In this document: positions 29,304 through 39,700 of the stretch, piece by piece | How positions within the stretch are numbered: position 1 is the stretch's first letter | Layout: each line of letters begins with the position of its first letter | DNA from: a virus | IMG/VR virus record: IMGVR_UViG_3300046003_004989 | Location: 32,001 to 96,000 of that record | Strand: one strand, 5' to 3' | Length of the DNA stretch: 64,000 bases | Notes under the pieces: model-generated | Databases searched by the model: none | Told to the model about the DNA's origin: nothing | The model's input: only the letters and a program-made list of their open reading frames with translations | Made by a program: the position numbers and the translations under genes

Positions 29304-30665
29304 TTATATTTTGTTTTTGAGATAAAAATCGAGATCTTCTGGAGTTCCTATACCCCACATTTCCTCTGCGTTATAAGTTCTAATTTGCTTTCCGTCTTCA
29401 ATAGCTTGATTGAATACTGGACAAACATAAAATTCATTGTTTACTCTGATATCCTTTTCGATCATTTCTTCGGCATATTTAACAAAATCAGAACCATTCT
29501 TCCAATAATAGAATCCTACTGTTGCTAAGTCTGAAATTGGATTCTTTTCTGCTACTTCAGTAACAAAGCCATTTTCGTCAGTTTTAGCAAACGACCATTT
29601 AGGATGAGTGGCTTTAAATGTAACTATTCCACCATCGCATTGAGTTTCATTCATCTTGTACATAAATTCGTTAGAATCCCATTCTACATACTGATCAGAA
29701 TTTGCAAAAAATAGAGGAGCGTCATTATCAATAAATTCTTTTGCCATTAAAGCAGTACAAGCTGCACCTTCAGTTAGACCATTAACTTCAACAATTTTAC
29801 ATCCAGGAGCTATGATATTTAATAATGTGTCTAAATTGTATTTTTCTCTATGAGCTTTTTGTACGATAAAAATGTAATTTGCATCTATGTTAAGATTTTC
29901 AACTACTACTTGAATCATCGGTTTTTTGTTTACTTCTATAATTGGCTTAGGGAAAGTGTAACCGGCATTCTCAAATCGACTACCTGCACCAGCCATAGGA
30001 ATTAAAATGTTCAATTTAGAATCCTTCCATTTTGGTGTTGTCATAAGTTTATTTTCTTTTATGTTTTTTATCTTTTCGGAGATGTTTAGATAATTCACTT
30101 CTTCTGGATTTCTAACTCTCAATATATGAGATTTGCTTCTAGAAGCAGCTAATAAACCATAAGGTGAATCTTCAACGATTAATGTTTCTTCGGGTAAGCA
30201 ACTCATTTTGGATATTGCTTTCCAATACATTTCTGGATGTGGTTTAGAATTTTGAACGTCTTCGTTGGATACGATATAATCAAAGAATTCAATGATACCT
30301 AATTTAGAAAGAACCGTTAGTACAGTCTTTCTAATACTATTTGAACAAACGGCTAATCTATAACCTTCTGTTGTTAAATTTTGCATAGTAGAGATTAGAT
30401 TCTCATCAGCTTTTAAATTTCTTAAAGCTTGAAGAGTGTACATCTGTTTGTTGTCCCATACTTCTTTATGCATTTCTAAAGGAAGACCTTTATTTTGAGT
30501 TAACATATCCAATTTCTGATTAGTCTTCAGACCGTCATAAATTGATAAATGTTCGTTCCATTCGATGGAGTATTCAGGACCTAAAGCATCATTTAATGCT
30601 TCATAGTGTATTGTTTTAGCTTCAACTAAAACTCCGTCCAAATCGAATATGATTAGTTTTATCAT
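29304..30665 (-). CDS. HAD phosphatase fused to sugar-phosphate nucleotidyltransferase
   Basis: FDLDGVL, KPHP, EDS; then IPMAGAGSRF...PKP, EK, GTPEDL. Confidence 0.9.
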   Translation of the reverse strand: MIKLIIFDLDGVLVEAKTIHYEALNDALGPEYSIEWNEHLSIYDGLKTNQKLDMLTQNKGLPLEMHKEVWDNKQMYTLQALRNLKADENLISTMQNLTTEGYRLAVCSNSIRKTVLTVLSKLGIIEFFDYIVSNEDVQNSKPHPEMYWKAISKMSCLPEETLIVEDSPYGLLAASRSKSHILRVRNPEEVNYLNISEKIKNIKENKLMTTPKWKDSKLNILIPMAGAGSRFENAGYTFPKPIIEVNKKPMIQVVVENLNIDANYIFIVQKAHREKYNLDTLLNIIAPGCKIVEVNGLTEGAACTALMAKEFIDNDAPLFFANSDQYVEWDSNEFMYKMNETQCDGGIVTFKATHPKWSFAKTDENGFVTEVAEKNPISDLATVGFYYWKNGSDFVKYAEEMIEKDIRVNNEFYVCPVFNQAIEDGKQIRTYNAEEMWGIGTPEDLDFYLKNKI

Positions 30666-31324
30666 GCTCTATAATTGATTATTTTTCGGAATTGTGTATA
30701 TTGATCGTTAATCAATCGGTAATAATCATATGCGCCTTCTAGTGGATCGATATTAATTCCATACATATCGAAAAGAACACCCCAACCTCGTTCAAGACCC
30801 ATTTGTAACATTTTATTTGTAGGCCAAACTAGGTGTTTTTTATCAATCTTTTGAGCATCTTCATTCATGATAGCAAACATAGGACCGAAAATTCCTTGAC
30901 TAAATTCAGCTTTACCGAAGTTATTCAAGCAAAAGTCTATTTGTTCTTGACTATCATATGTGTTTGCTGGAAATGTTATGAGAGGAACTACAGTTCCCGG
31001 CTTTAATTTCGAATCGATATTTTTAAAGAAGTTCAATGTTTTTATACGAATCGAATCTTGTATAAAGTAAAAACGTTCAGCTTTTATATTATTTATCGCA
31101 TACATATATGCACCACTATCAAACCCACGATAAGGAGTTTGATGAATTTGTAATTTGAATCGATAAGGATTTTTTTCGTCTAGCTCATTAAGGAATTTTA
31201 TAGTTTCCTCATCATTAGATTGAGTGTCTATGATAGAAACTCCACAATCGGGGTTAATCACGTTTATAACCGAGAGTAGTTCGATCAAGTGATTCTTTCC
31301 ATTATTTGTTGCTATTACGATCAT
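30662..31324 (-). CDS. GT-A fold glycosyltransferase-like protein
   Basis: IVIAT, IIDTQS, FIQDS, LERGWG. Confidence 0.6.
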   Translation of the reverse strand: MIVIATNNGKNHLIELLSVINVINPDCGVSIIDTQSNDEETIKFLNELDEKNPYRFKLQIHQTPYRGFDSGAYMYAINNIKAERFYFIQDSIRIKTLNFFKNIDSKLKPGTVVPLITFPANTYDSQEQIDFCLNNFGKAEFSQGIFGPMFAIMNEDAQKIDKKHLVWPTNKMLQMGLERGWGVLFDMYGINIDPLEGAYDYYRLINDQYTQFRKIINYRA

Positions 31325-31356
31325 ATTTGATTATATGCTGATTAAACGGGTCAGTT

Positions 31357-32085
31357 TCAATTATTAGGGAACTTCTCATGATACGTTCGTAGATCTTTAT
31401 GGAATTCATTAAACCAGTGTTTGATTTCCTCTCTACCCATTTCAAAAAGCTGAACTTCACCAGTTTCACAACTGATCCAAATTTCACATGAATCTGGAAA
31501 GATTCCATGTCTTTCATGTAAAGCTACGGAATATGCTGCTGTTTGTTTCTTATATCCTCCAATCCATTCCTCTTTCTTCGGTTTTCTACTCGTTTTAAAG
31601 TCGATAACTCTAGGAGATTTCGGTTTACCCCAAATAGACAAGTCCATTCTACCTGCATATCCACCTCCAATAAAAGACCAAAGTGGAATTTCTTGAAACA
31701 TAACAGATTCAATTCTTTCATAGAAGTCTGAATTGTTATGAAATTGTAAGAACAGATTTTTACCACATTCGATTTCCTCTTTGGTCAGTGTATTACACTC
31801 TGCCATAGCCTTAATAAATGCTTGTTGTAGTGGTTTTGCTTCATTATATACGAAGCGAGAATTAAGATAGTGTTCGTGAAGTGCATGCATGAAAGTTCCT
31901 CGGTTTGCAGAGAAAGTAGATATTCTTTCTGCTTCAGCTTCACCTACTCGATTTTTCCACTCAATTAACCCAGACTTATCAGAAGTCTCGGTTAATATTG
32001 TTGTAACGGAAGGAAGTTTTATGCTCTTGTTTTCATCAACTACATAGTATCTTCCATAACCGTGATTTCCTACTGTAGTTTTCAA
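31357..32085 (-). CDS. PD-(D/E)xK exonuclease (MGME1/Cas4-like fold, no Fe-S cysteines seen)
   Basis: PSVTTIL, RGT.MH, AGRMD, IDFKTS, Q..AY. Confidence 0.85.
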   Translation of the reverse strand: MKTTVGNHGYGRYYVVDENKSIKLPSVTTILTETSDKSGLIEWKNRVGEAEAERISTFSANRGTFMHALHEHYLNSRFVYNEAKPLQQAFIKAMAECNTLTKEEIECGKNLFLQFHNNSDFYERIESVMFQEIPLWSFIGGGYAGRMDLSIWGKPKSPRVIDFKTSRKPKKEEWIGGYKKQTAAYSVALHERHGIFPDSCEIWISCETGEVQLFEMGREEIKHWFNEFHKDLRTYHEKFPNN

Positions 32086-32567
32086 ACGAATAGAGAGATT
32101 ACAAAGTCAATAATAGATTGATTGAATGCTTTTATGCAAATTTTATTTAACATCAAGAATGTTAAACTGACTACTCCTAGATTGAATAGCCAACGAAAGA
32201 ATTTACCCCAGCTTAGTGATTCCGATGAAGGAGCTAACACTACCAGATACGATGGTGCTGATTCAATTTTCTTTACTTCAGGATAGACTATTTCATTTAG
32301 CTGTCTAGACATAAGAAGTTCATCTAACTCCCTTAGTTGTTCAACCATCCAAGGCCAAACTTGATCTTGCTTTTCTAAAGGCCATAGTTCTTCAGGTACA
32401 TTAATTACCGTATAGATTCTGCCTAGCTTATCTATTCGAAGTTCATACTTGAAAGCCTTTAAAGCTTCTAAAGTTTCTGTTTCTTTTAATGCCGTTCTAA
32501 CAAGAAACCAGAGACGAATGTCTTCATAGATTTCTATCGGCCATTTCCAAATGTTATACCAAGTCAT
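32082..32567 (-). CDS. Membrane-associated hypothetical protein (start revised)
   Basis: MTWYNIWK start avoids overlap; C-terminal hydrophobic helix. Confidence 0.55.
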   Translation of the reverse strand: MTWYNIWKWPIEIYEDIRLWFLVRTALKETETLEALKAFKYELRIDKLGRIYTVINVPEELWPLEKQDQVWPWMVEQLRELDELLMSRQLNEIVYPEVKKIESAPSYLVVLAPSSESLSWGKFFRWLFNLGVVSLTFLMLNKICIKAFNQSIIDFVISLFV

Positions 32568-32571
32568 ACGT

Positions 32572-32871
32572 TTAAATTTCAAAATCGTCAATATCCTCGT
32601 CGCCCAATGCTTTGGAGAAGATTGCTTCTTTTTGTTTAACAATTTTATTTTGTGAGATAATTGCCTGTTTAAGCTCTTCTCTCTTAGTCGGATTTTCTTT
32701 TGCTGTTTTGACGAATTCATTCTGTAACTGTTGAAGTTTAAGTTGAGCATCATGATATTCTTCAGTAGCTTTTTGTAGCTTCTTTGAAGATTGTCCTGCT
32801 GCTTCATGGACTTTCTTTTCTTCGAATGTCTTGTGGAATTCGTTGAACGATGGTAAAAGTTCCTTTTTCAT
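32572..32871 (-). CDS. Coiled-coil protein with leader variant
   Basis: MKKELLPSFNEFHKTFEEKKVHE. Confidence 0.55.
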   Translation of the reverse strand: MKKELLPSFNEFHKTFEEKKVHEAAGQSSKKLQKATEEYHDAQLKLQQLQNEFVKTAKENPTKREELKQAIISQNKIVKQKEAIFSKALGDEDIDDFEI

Positions 32872-32907
32872 TATATGCTTTTCTTTATTTTATATATACG
32901 CAGACAA

Positions 32908-32925
32908 GGCTGCCCGAAGGCAGCC
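32908..32925 (-). terminator. Terminator with cUUCGg tetraloop
   Basis: Minus strand GGCTGCC-TTCG-GGCAGCC after the sigma gene. Confidence 0.7.
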
Positions 32926-32951
32926 AAGTTCTGGATCAAATTAAAACATTT

Positions 32952-33551
32952 TTACACTTCGTATTTTTCTGCGATAATACGTTTACCACGAGAAATACGA
33001 TTCTTAACAGTGTGAAGAGGGATTTCAAGTTTTTGTGCGATTTCTTCATACTTTAAATCATTGAAGAATTTTTCTTCGATAACTACTCGATATTCATCTG
33101 GTAAAGAACTTACAATCTTACGAAGACGTAAAGCATTTTCATCAGTTTCTGCTTTTTCTTCGGCTACAATAAGGTGATCGGTATAGTTTTCAATAGAATC
33201 GAATTCTATCTTAGACATCAAGTTCTTATTTTCAGAGCTTTCGATATCGGACATATGTGTTACTTTACGACCTTTTCTGTAACGTAATTCCATACAAGCA
33301 GATGTATATGCTATACGATAAATCCAAGTTGAAATATGCCATTTTGGATCGTACTTATCTATTTTATTATAGACGGTAGACATTACATAGGATATCAAGT
33401 TTTCTGTATCGTCATGATTCTTAACGACTTGATAGATGTAATTGTAAAGACCTGGTCGAATTCTTTCGTATAATTCGGTGAAAACCTTTTCGGAACGAGT
33501 TTGTTTGAATTTGTAACCCAAATCTTTAAGTGAATCTGCTTGTTTAGCCAT
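32952..33551 (-). CDS. ECF-type (group 4) RNA polymerase sigma factor (start revised)
   Basis: Region 2 ISTWIYRIA; region 4 LP..YR......F..LKYEEIA..L.IP..TVKNRISRG. Confidence 0.9.
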   Translation of the reverse strand: MAKQADSLKDLGYKFKQTRSEKVFTELYERIRPGLYNYIYQVVKNHDDTENLISYVMSTVYNKIDKYDPKWHISTWIYRIAYTSACMELRYRKGRKVTHMSDIESSENKNLMSKIEFDSIENYTDHLIVAEEKAETDENALRLRKIVSSLPDEYRVVIEEKFFNDLKYEEIAQKLEIPLHTVKNRISRGKRIIAEKYEV

Positions 33552-33572
33552 AGTTTGAATAATTTTATAGTA

Positions 33573-33631
33573 CAAATATAATCAATTTTTTTGAATAAGT
33601 AAACTGATTTGATAAAAACTTATTAACAATT
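33573..33631 (-). promoter_or_regulatory. Host-type -7 promoter with TTATTAACA box at 46 bp, upstream of the sigma gene
   Basis: caaatataa at 33573; cttattaac at 33619. Confidence 0.7.
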
Positions 33632-34018
33632 TTAGATCAGCTTCGTAGAGAAACGATTTTTCATTCTTTCTAAAGCTTCGGTAGGAACACCATGAACGTT
33701 AGTAGAACCATGACGGTTTTCAACAATAACAGTTGAGATTCGGTAGCCATAATCTTCTGCTAATTCGAAATATGTTTCCATTTCCCAATCTGTAGTGAAT
33801 GTGTTTGCAACTCCAATAGTTTCAACTTCATCTACCATTGCTTGTTCGACTTGTTCTTTACACCATTTATGTGCTTGTGGTAATTTTGTTGCATCAAAAT
33901 CATATCCACCGTTTTGTTCGAAGAACATATCTGCTGAAAATGTTGATTTGCAAAGTGTCTCGGATAAGGACGATTTTCCAGAACCTGGTAAGCCTCTAAA
34001 TAAGATTATGTTTTTCAT
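33632..34018 (-). CDS. P-loop kinase (AAA_33/polynucleotide kinase-like)
   Basis: RGLPGSGKS, SAD.FF, AH.WC, NVHGVP. Confidence 0.85.
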   Translation of the reverse strand: MKNIILFRGLPGSGKSSLSETLCKSTFSADMFFEQNGGYDFDATKLPQAHKWCKEQVEQAMVDEVETIGVANTFTTDWEMETYFELAEDYGYRISTVIVENRHGSTNVHGVPTEALERMKNRFSTKLI

Positions 34019-34022
34019 AAGT

Positions 34023-34031
34023 CAAATATAA
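34023..34031 (-). promoter_or_regulatory. Host-type -7 promoter directly before ATG (possibly leaderless mRNA)
   Basis: caaatataa 4 nt from the start codon. Confidence 0.5.
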
Positions 34032-34057
34032 AACAAATTATTGAAAGAAAAAAATTT

Positions 34058-34387
34058 TTATGCAAAAAAGTGATGAAATAAATGTGCAGCTCCCCAGACG
34101 ATTAAGAATGATGTAGCATACATAACAAGTTTTAACCAACCGCTATAATCACCTTCTGCTTCTTTCTTAGGTAATTTAGACGAGAAGATTCCCCAAACGA
34201 TCGTCAATCCATATAATTGTATGAATGTTAATTCTTTCAAATGTGGAATATTGAATAAATTAGATAGATCTCCAATGATGTAAGCTTCTAAAGCACTAAT
34301 ACCAAAAATCATTGAGAATAAAATTACAATTCCAATTGAAATTGCGATGAAACCACCAAAGGCTTCTGCTGTTTTGTCTGTAGACAT
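34058..34387 (-). CDS. Small membrane protein
   Basis: Three hydrophobic segments. Confidence 0.6.
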   Translation of the reverse strand: MSTDKTAEAFGGFIAISIGIVILFSMIFGISALEAYIIGDLSNLFNIPHLKELTFIQLYGLTIVWGIFSSKLPKKEAEGDYSGWLKLVMYATSFLIVWGAAHLFHHFFA

Positions 34388-34389
34388 AT

Positions 34390-34587
34390 TTACGAGTTTA
34401 AAGGTTTTACTGTGATTGAATTTGAACCAAATCTTTCTTTTACCATTTGAATTGCCATTTTAACTTTAGGTGAATCTTGTACGATATAAGACGTAAGAGT
34501 ATTCGAATAAAAAGGAATATTGTTTGCTTTAAGATCTTTAAGAAAAGATTTGGAAGCTGTAAAAGTTAATGTGATGATTTGTTCCAT
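34390..34587 (-). CDS. Early hypothetical protein
   Basis: Directly after a -7 promoter. Confidence 0.55.
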   Translation of the reverse strand: MEQIITLTFTASKSFLKDLKANNIPFYSNTLTSYIVQDSPKVKMAIQMVKERFGSNSITVKPLNS

Positions 34588-34606
34588 TTGTTTTAATTTT
34601 ATAGTA

Positions 34607-34664
34607 CAAATATAAACAAAAAACCCAACACTGAAAAATGCTGGGTTAAAAAGTTATTAACAAT
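34607..34664 (-). promoter_or_regulatory. Host-type -7 promoter with TTATTAACA box at 46 bp
   Basis: caaatataa at 34607; gttattaac at 34653. Confidence 0.7.
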
Positions 34665-35296
34665 TAATCGATGAATTCATCGAATTCTCCATTCTTTCGT
34701 TTAGATTCGAGAATCTTCCAAGTTTCATAAGCGTTTCTTCTTATTGTTTCGGTTCTTTCTCTTTCAGCAATTTCAGCAATTTTGATATTCTCTTCTAAAA
34801 TACCTTTAGCTCTTTCAACCATTGCTTGATATTTTGGATGGGCTTTAATCATATCGATTACTTCTTCTCCTTCAAGTACTACATCATTACTGATCCAATA
34901 TTCAGTTCGAAGATATTCGTCTGCTTCGTTAGTAGCTCCTTTAGTCATAACGACTTTTTCCTTCTTGACAATTTGAAATTTCATATTAGGATTGATAAAG
35001 CCTCGATTAGCAATTCCATCGTTTTCGAATTCTTTTTGATCTTCCATCCAATTGGTAACTGCATCTTGATCGTGTAAAAATTGTTCAATTAGAGAATCGA
35101 CATCTTCTCGATGTCTCTTAAATTGCCAATTAAGAGGAGTTTTCCCGAAATTAAAAGACATATATGGAGTAACCATTTCATACATGGTTTCGATCGGAAC
35201 CGAAAGGATTCCATCTTCAATTGTATAATTTTTGACTAAATCGGTAGCTTTACTTAAAGTTCGATAGTCCATTGTGTTTTCAAATACGTTGTACAT
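34664..35296 (-). CDS. Hypothetical protein
   Basis: ORF track. Confidence 0.55.
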   Translation of the reverse strand: MYNVFENTMDYRTLSKATDLVKNYTIEDGILSVPIETMYEMVTPYMSFNFGKTPLNWQFKRHREDVDSLIEQFLHDQDAVTNWMEDQKEFENDGIANRGFINPNMKFQIVKKEKVVMTKGATNEADEYLRTEYWISNDVVLEGEEVIDMIKAHPKYQAMVERAKGILEENIKIAEIAERERTETIRRNAYETWKILESKRKNGEFDEFID

Positions 35297-35297
35297 G

Positions 35298-35804
35298 TTA
35301 TTGTTTATTAGATTCTATAAGTTCTTTGAAGAAGTCGAATTCGATCGGAGCGTTATTCCAATTTGAAACATTGGCATTGAATCGATAACCATCTTCTAAA
35401 TTAGTAGATTGAGTTCCTCCATGAACATGGATATAATCTTCTTCTTTACCGATCCAATCTAATAGAGGCCAATGAGATATAATGCAATTGATATTTGGTA
35501 TGATTGCTATCTGATGGCTTATAATCGAATGTCTTCCTAATTTAATGAGAGACATTTCTGGTAAATGAGAATCATATTGCCCTGACAAGAAATTGATTTT
35601 TCCATTTAGATGAATCATTGAGCTTTCACATGCAATTGGATCCCATGCAAAATTTCCTAAATGATAAACTATATCATTCTTACCGACTCTCTTATTCCAA
35701 TTTTCTATGTATGTATCGAACATCTCTTCATCTGAAGAGAATCCTCTTTCAATAGCCGTTAATTTACGACCGAAAAATGTGTCACTTGTAAAGAATATCT
35801 TCAT
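35298..35804 (-). CDS. Calcineurin-like metallophosphoesterase, catalytically degenerate
   Basis: FTSDTFFG, YHLGNF, SGQYD, SHWP, HVHG align to the DxH/GD/GNHD/H/GHxH motifs with substitutions. Confidence 0.75.
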   Translation of the reverse strand: MKIFFTSDTFFGRKLTAIERGFSSDEEMFDTYIENWNKRVGKNDIVYHLGNFAWDPIACESSMIHLNGKINFLSGQYDSHLPEMSLIKLGRHSIISHQIAIIPNINCIISHWPLLDWIGKEEDYIHVHGGTQSTNLEDGYRFNANVSNWNNAPIEFDFFKELIESNKQ

Positions 35805-35980
35805 TCTACTTTTTTGGCTATTTCGTCATTAAAAATTACGTAGGTCGAACAACAAAACGAGCAAATCCATTGCTCGTCATGCCAAGGTTCATCGGCAGGA
35901 TTGTACTCTATTTCATCTCGTTTGCAATGCAAGCAAGACTGTACTTCGTATTTCTTTTCACCTACCTCTACTATCTTCAT
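35801..35980 (-). CDS. 59-aa zinc-ribbon protein (not in the ORF track)
   Basis: MKIVEV...CLHC...WICSFCC...*, ATGA overlap with the next gene, GAAAC-N16-CATATAA upstream. Confidence 0.6.
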   Translation of the reverse strand: MKIVEVGEKKYEVQSCLHCKRDEIEYNPADEPWHDEQWICSFCCSTYVIFNDEIAKKVE

Positions 35981-36016
35981 TTACATTATATGAAGATAGA
36001 GAGTAGATGTTTCAGT

Positions 36017-36775
36017 TTATTTCTTACGTTTTGCGATTTCTTCTGCTACTTCATCGAATACTTCTTCAATGATTTTAATGAGTGGATTTCTTACGATATC
36101 ATCTTCTGTGAATTGCATGATACCAAAGTCTTCTTTAGTAGAGAATTTTTCCATAATGATTGGAAGTGAGGAGATTTTAGTTCCTGTGAGGTCTTTCTGT
36201 TTTACGTCACCCAAGAATACTAGCTTACAATTAGAACCTAAACGAGTCATTATTGTATGCATATTATCAGGAGTAATGTTTTGACATTCGTCGATGAGTA
36301 CAATACAGTCATCAAAATTAATTCCACGTAAATAAGCAATTGGCATTACTTCAATTGACTTATTAGCTCTTAGGGATTGAGTAATAGATCTTCCTACGAT
36401 CTTCTCAAAATTATGAATGAATGAAAAAACGAAAGGTTCCATTTTCTCTTCTAGAGTTCCTTTAAGGAAACCTATCTCTTCATCTTTAAGTGTTGTAACA
36501 GATTTTACAATATATATGCGTTTATATTTTGCATCATCTTTGAAAAGTTTTAAAGCTTGAGCACAAGCTATATAGGTTTTTCCTGTACCTGCAGGTCCAG
36601 AACAAATAGTGACTTGTTTGTTCTCGATATGTTCAGCAAAAGTTTTTTGATTTTTGTTTTTGAACTTTAGCTCAATCTTTGTGTTTTTCAACGTATGATT
36701 GTGCGATTGGCTAACAATTGATTCGAGGATTTGTTGTTCTTCTTCCTCGGTGTACTTTTTGCGTCTACTACCCAT
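36017..36775 (-). CDS. phoH: PhoH-like ATPase
   Basis: GPAGTGKT, IGFLKG.LEEK, YLRG, DECQN, TRLG, GD..Q.D, DIVR. Confidence 0.95.
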   Translation of the reverse strand: MGSRRKKYTEEEEQQILESIVSQSHNHTLKNTKIELKFKNKNQKTFAEHIENKQVTICSGPAGTGKTYIACAQALKLFKDDAKYKRIYIVKSVTTLKDEEIGFLKGTLEEKMEPFVFSFIHNFEKIVGRSITQSLRANKSIEVMPIAYLRGINFDDCIVLIDECQNITPDNMHTIMTRLGSNCKLVFLGDVKQKDLTGTKISSLPIIMEKFSTKEDFGIMQFTEDDIVRNPLIKIIEEVFDEVAEEIAKRKK

Positions 36776-36792
36776 GTGGATTTTTGTTTTTA

Positions 36793-39700
36793 TTAACTAC
36801 TAAACATTCCTTCGGATTTTGTTTTAATAGTTACAGAGGTTAATGCTTGAGTGAATGCTCTTTGTAGATCAGCTACTGATATTTGATTACCTTTAGCAGG
36901 TACTTGATTTGTAGGCGCATTGCCTTTTGGTGCTGGACCAGTTGCGGTAGGGGTTGCTGGAGCTGCTTGAGTTCCTGCAGTTTGAGCACCACCTCCACCA
37001 GCTCCATTTAATTCTTTTATAGCAGCTACGAGTTCCTCAAATGCGGATTTGATAGATTCATCTATTTGACTAGCGATTGCTTCAGGATTCTTAGCTAAGA
37101 TTGCTAAAGATTTCATCATAGAATCTGTCAATGTAAGTTTTTTCAAATCGAACGAATTAACGTGCTCTTTGAATAACTTCATCGATTTTTGAATCTTGTC
37201 AAAATTATCAGCTAATTTAGTCATTTGATCTGTAGTATCTGCCATTGTTTGTAGATTAGTAGCAAATGCCGAGAAGTAATAACTAATCTTAGGCATATTT
37301 GGATTGAGTTTTGGATCGAATGCATTATTTACTTGAGATAAGAATGCATTGATGGATTGTCCAGTTTTATCAACATCTTTTAATTTACCCCATGCTTCAA
37401 CTGGTTTAGCTGCATCAGCCAAAGCAGATGTCATATCAGGCAGAACATCTAAAGCAGAATCAACTGCTGATCGATTAGCTTCAACTAATCTTCCAGTGGA
37501 TGCAATTCCATGAACTAAAAGCGATAAGATAGTTTGAAGATTAAATGCAGCTTTCTTAAAGTCACTTGAGTTCATTTTTCTTGTTGAAACTGGAACTAAC
37601 TGACCTTTACTGTCAACCTTATATGTTGTGATTTCTGAATTTGCTAATTTAATAACTGCATCGGCAACTGATGATATATTTTGTCCTAGACCTTGAATCG
37701 CTTGAACACCTTTCTTAACATATCCATCCGAGAACCAACCTTCTGAATTGTCTTCCATTTCACCAATTTTAGCAATCTCTCTTGCAAGGAATCCTGTTAT
37801 CATTCCAATATTAACAGCTGCAGTAACGAAGTCTGTAGGATTCATTTTTCTAACAGATTTGATAACTAATTGTGGCTTACCGTCGATCATCTTAACTTCA
37901 TTTTCGACAAGTTCCATGTTTGCCATTTTCTGAATTACTTCAGCCATAGCAAGTAAGTTATCTCCAAGACCAGCAATAGATTCAACCCCTTTAGATACAA
38001 ATCCTCCTGAGAAGATACCAGAAGAATCTGATTCCATTTTACCGATTTTAGCTAATTCGTTAGCTAAGAAACCAGTTACCATTCCTATATTGAGAGATGC
38101 AGAAACAAAATCAGATGTAGACATTTTTCTAACTGATTTCGGAACGATCTTAGCATCTTTTGTACCAGCATTAACAACTTCATATTCGGTGATTTCCAAA
38201 TTAGCCCAAGCTTTAACTCCTTGAGCCAAATTAACGAGAGTATCACCTGAATTTTTAAGTGCATCAACACCTTCAGCAACTAAACCACCACCAAATATTG
38301 CATCGTATAGTGGATCTCCTGAAGATTTACCTCGATTAAGCATACCAACTTTTGCGAAAGGTGCAGCAATAGCTGAAATAACAAGTGCCATTCCGTTAGC
38401 TGCATTTTCAAAGTCAGACTTACCAAGTTTTCTCTTATTTTTAATTACAAGTTTTGCTTTTGCTGTTCCACCATTGATAACTTCCCATTCAGTTACTTCC
38501 AAATTAGCCCAAGCTTGAACACCTTCAGCTAATGAAGCAAGAACAGAACCAGCACCAGAAAGTGCTGCAACTCCAAGCATAAAGTCGAACCAATTAACAT
38601 TGATTCCCATTTTCTTTTGAGCTTCTTTATCTGTGATTATAGAGAATGCTCTAACAATTCCACCAATAGCATATTGTAGATTATCACTATCTCCTTGATT
38701 GAATCCAATTTTCTTAAATATTGCTAGACCAGCAGAAATTGATATTAGAGCAAGACCTGCAAGAATCATAGGTCCTACTGTGATAAGAAGTAAAGCGGCT
38801 CTAGCTGCTGCGGCTGCAGCAAATTTAAGTCCTTCAATAATTCCTCCTGGCATATCACCTCCAAGGAAACCAGAAACTACAGATCCTAAAGCATTCTTTA
38901 AACTCTCACCATCTTCATTCTTCCAACCGATAGCTTTAAATACTGCTAATCCACCAGAAAGAAGGAGAAGTGAGATACCTGCAACCATCATTGCGGCTGA
39001 ACCAGCAATAATAAATGGTGAAGCAAGACCTGCAAGACCCATTACAATACCTAATCCACCAATAGTTGCACCTAAAACTAGTGCATCATCCATTGTGAAT
39101 TTAGCTGCTTTGAATAGGACAAGACCTACAGAAATAAGAATTAATGAGATTGCAGCGATTGTCATACCAATAGCACCTTGAATAATTACTGAACCGAATG
39201 CTCCAGCAAGAGCCATTGCTACTGCCAATCCACCAACAGTAAGACCTAGAATGAGAGCATCATCCATTGTCATATTAGCTGCTTTATAGACCATTAAACC
39301 TACTCCTAAAAGAATAAGAGAGAATGAAACTATAAGAAGTGCTATAGCACCTTTAGCAATATCTTTCCAGAATTGACCTATAAAATAGAATACTGCTGCA
39401 AATCCAGCAATTGTAATAATTGCATATAGAGAATCTTGTGGAGTTACCATCATTGAAAATAGAACAATAGATAGACCGAACAAGATAATACCAAGTGAAG
39501 TATAGAGAAGTGATTTTACTCCATGTCTAACAGTGTCTGTTCCCATAACATAAAGTGCTATAGAAAGACCTAACATAGAAAGTGTAACTGCTAATGTACC
39601 CATAAGAATCATAGGTGCCATCATAGAAACGACTACCATCGTTAAAGCGTATAAAATTACACCTAATGCAATTTTAAGAGGAACTTTAGCTCTTGCTTCT

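Noticed and set aside
31357-32085. Cas4/CRISPR association of the PD-(D/E)xK nuclease
   Set aside because: No Fe-S cysteine set and no array; it fits a stand-alone phage exonuclease
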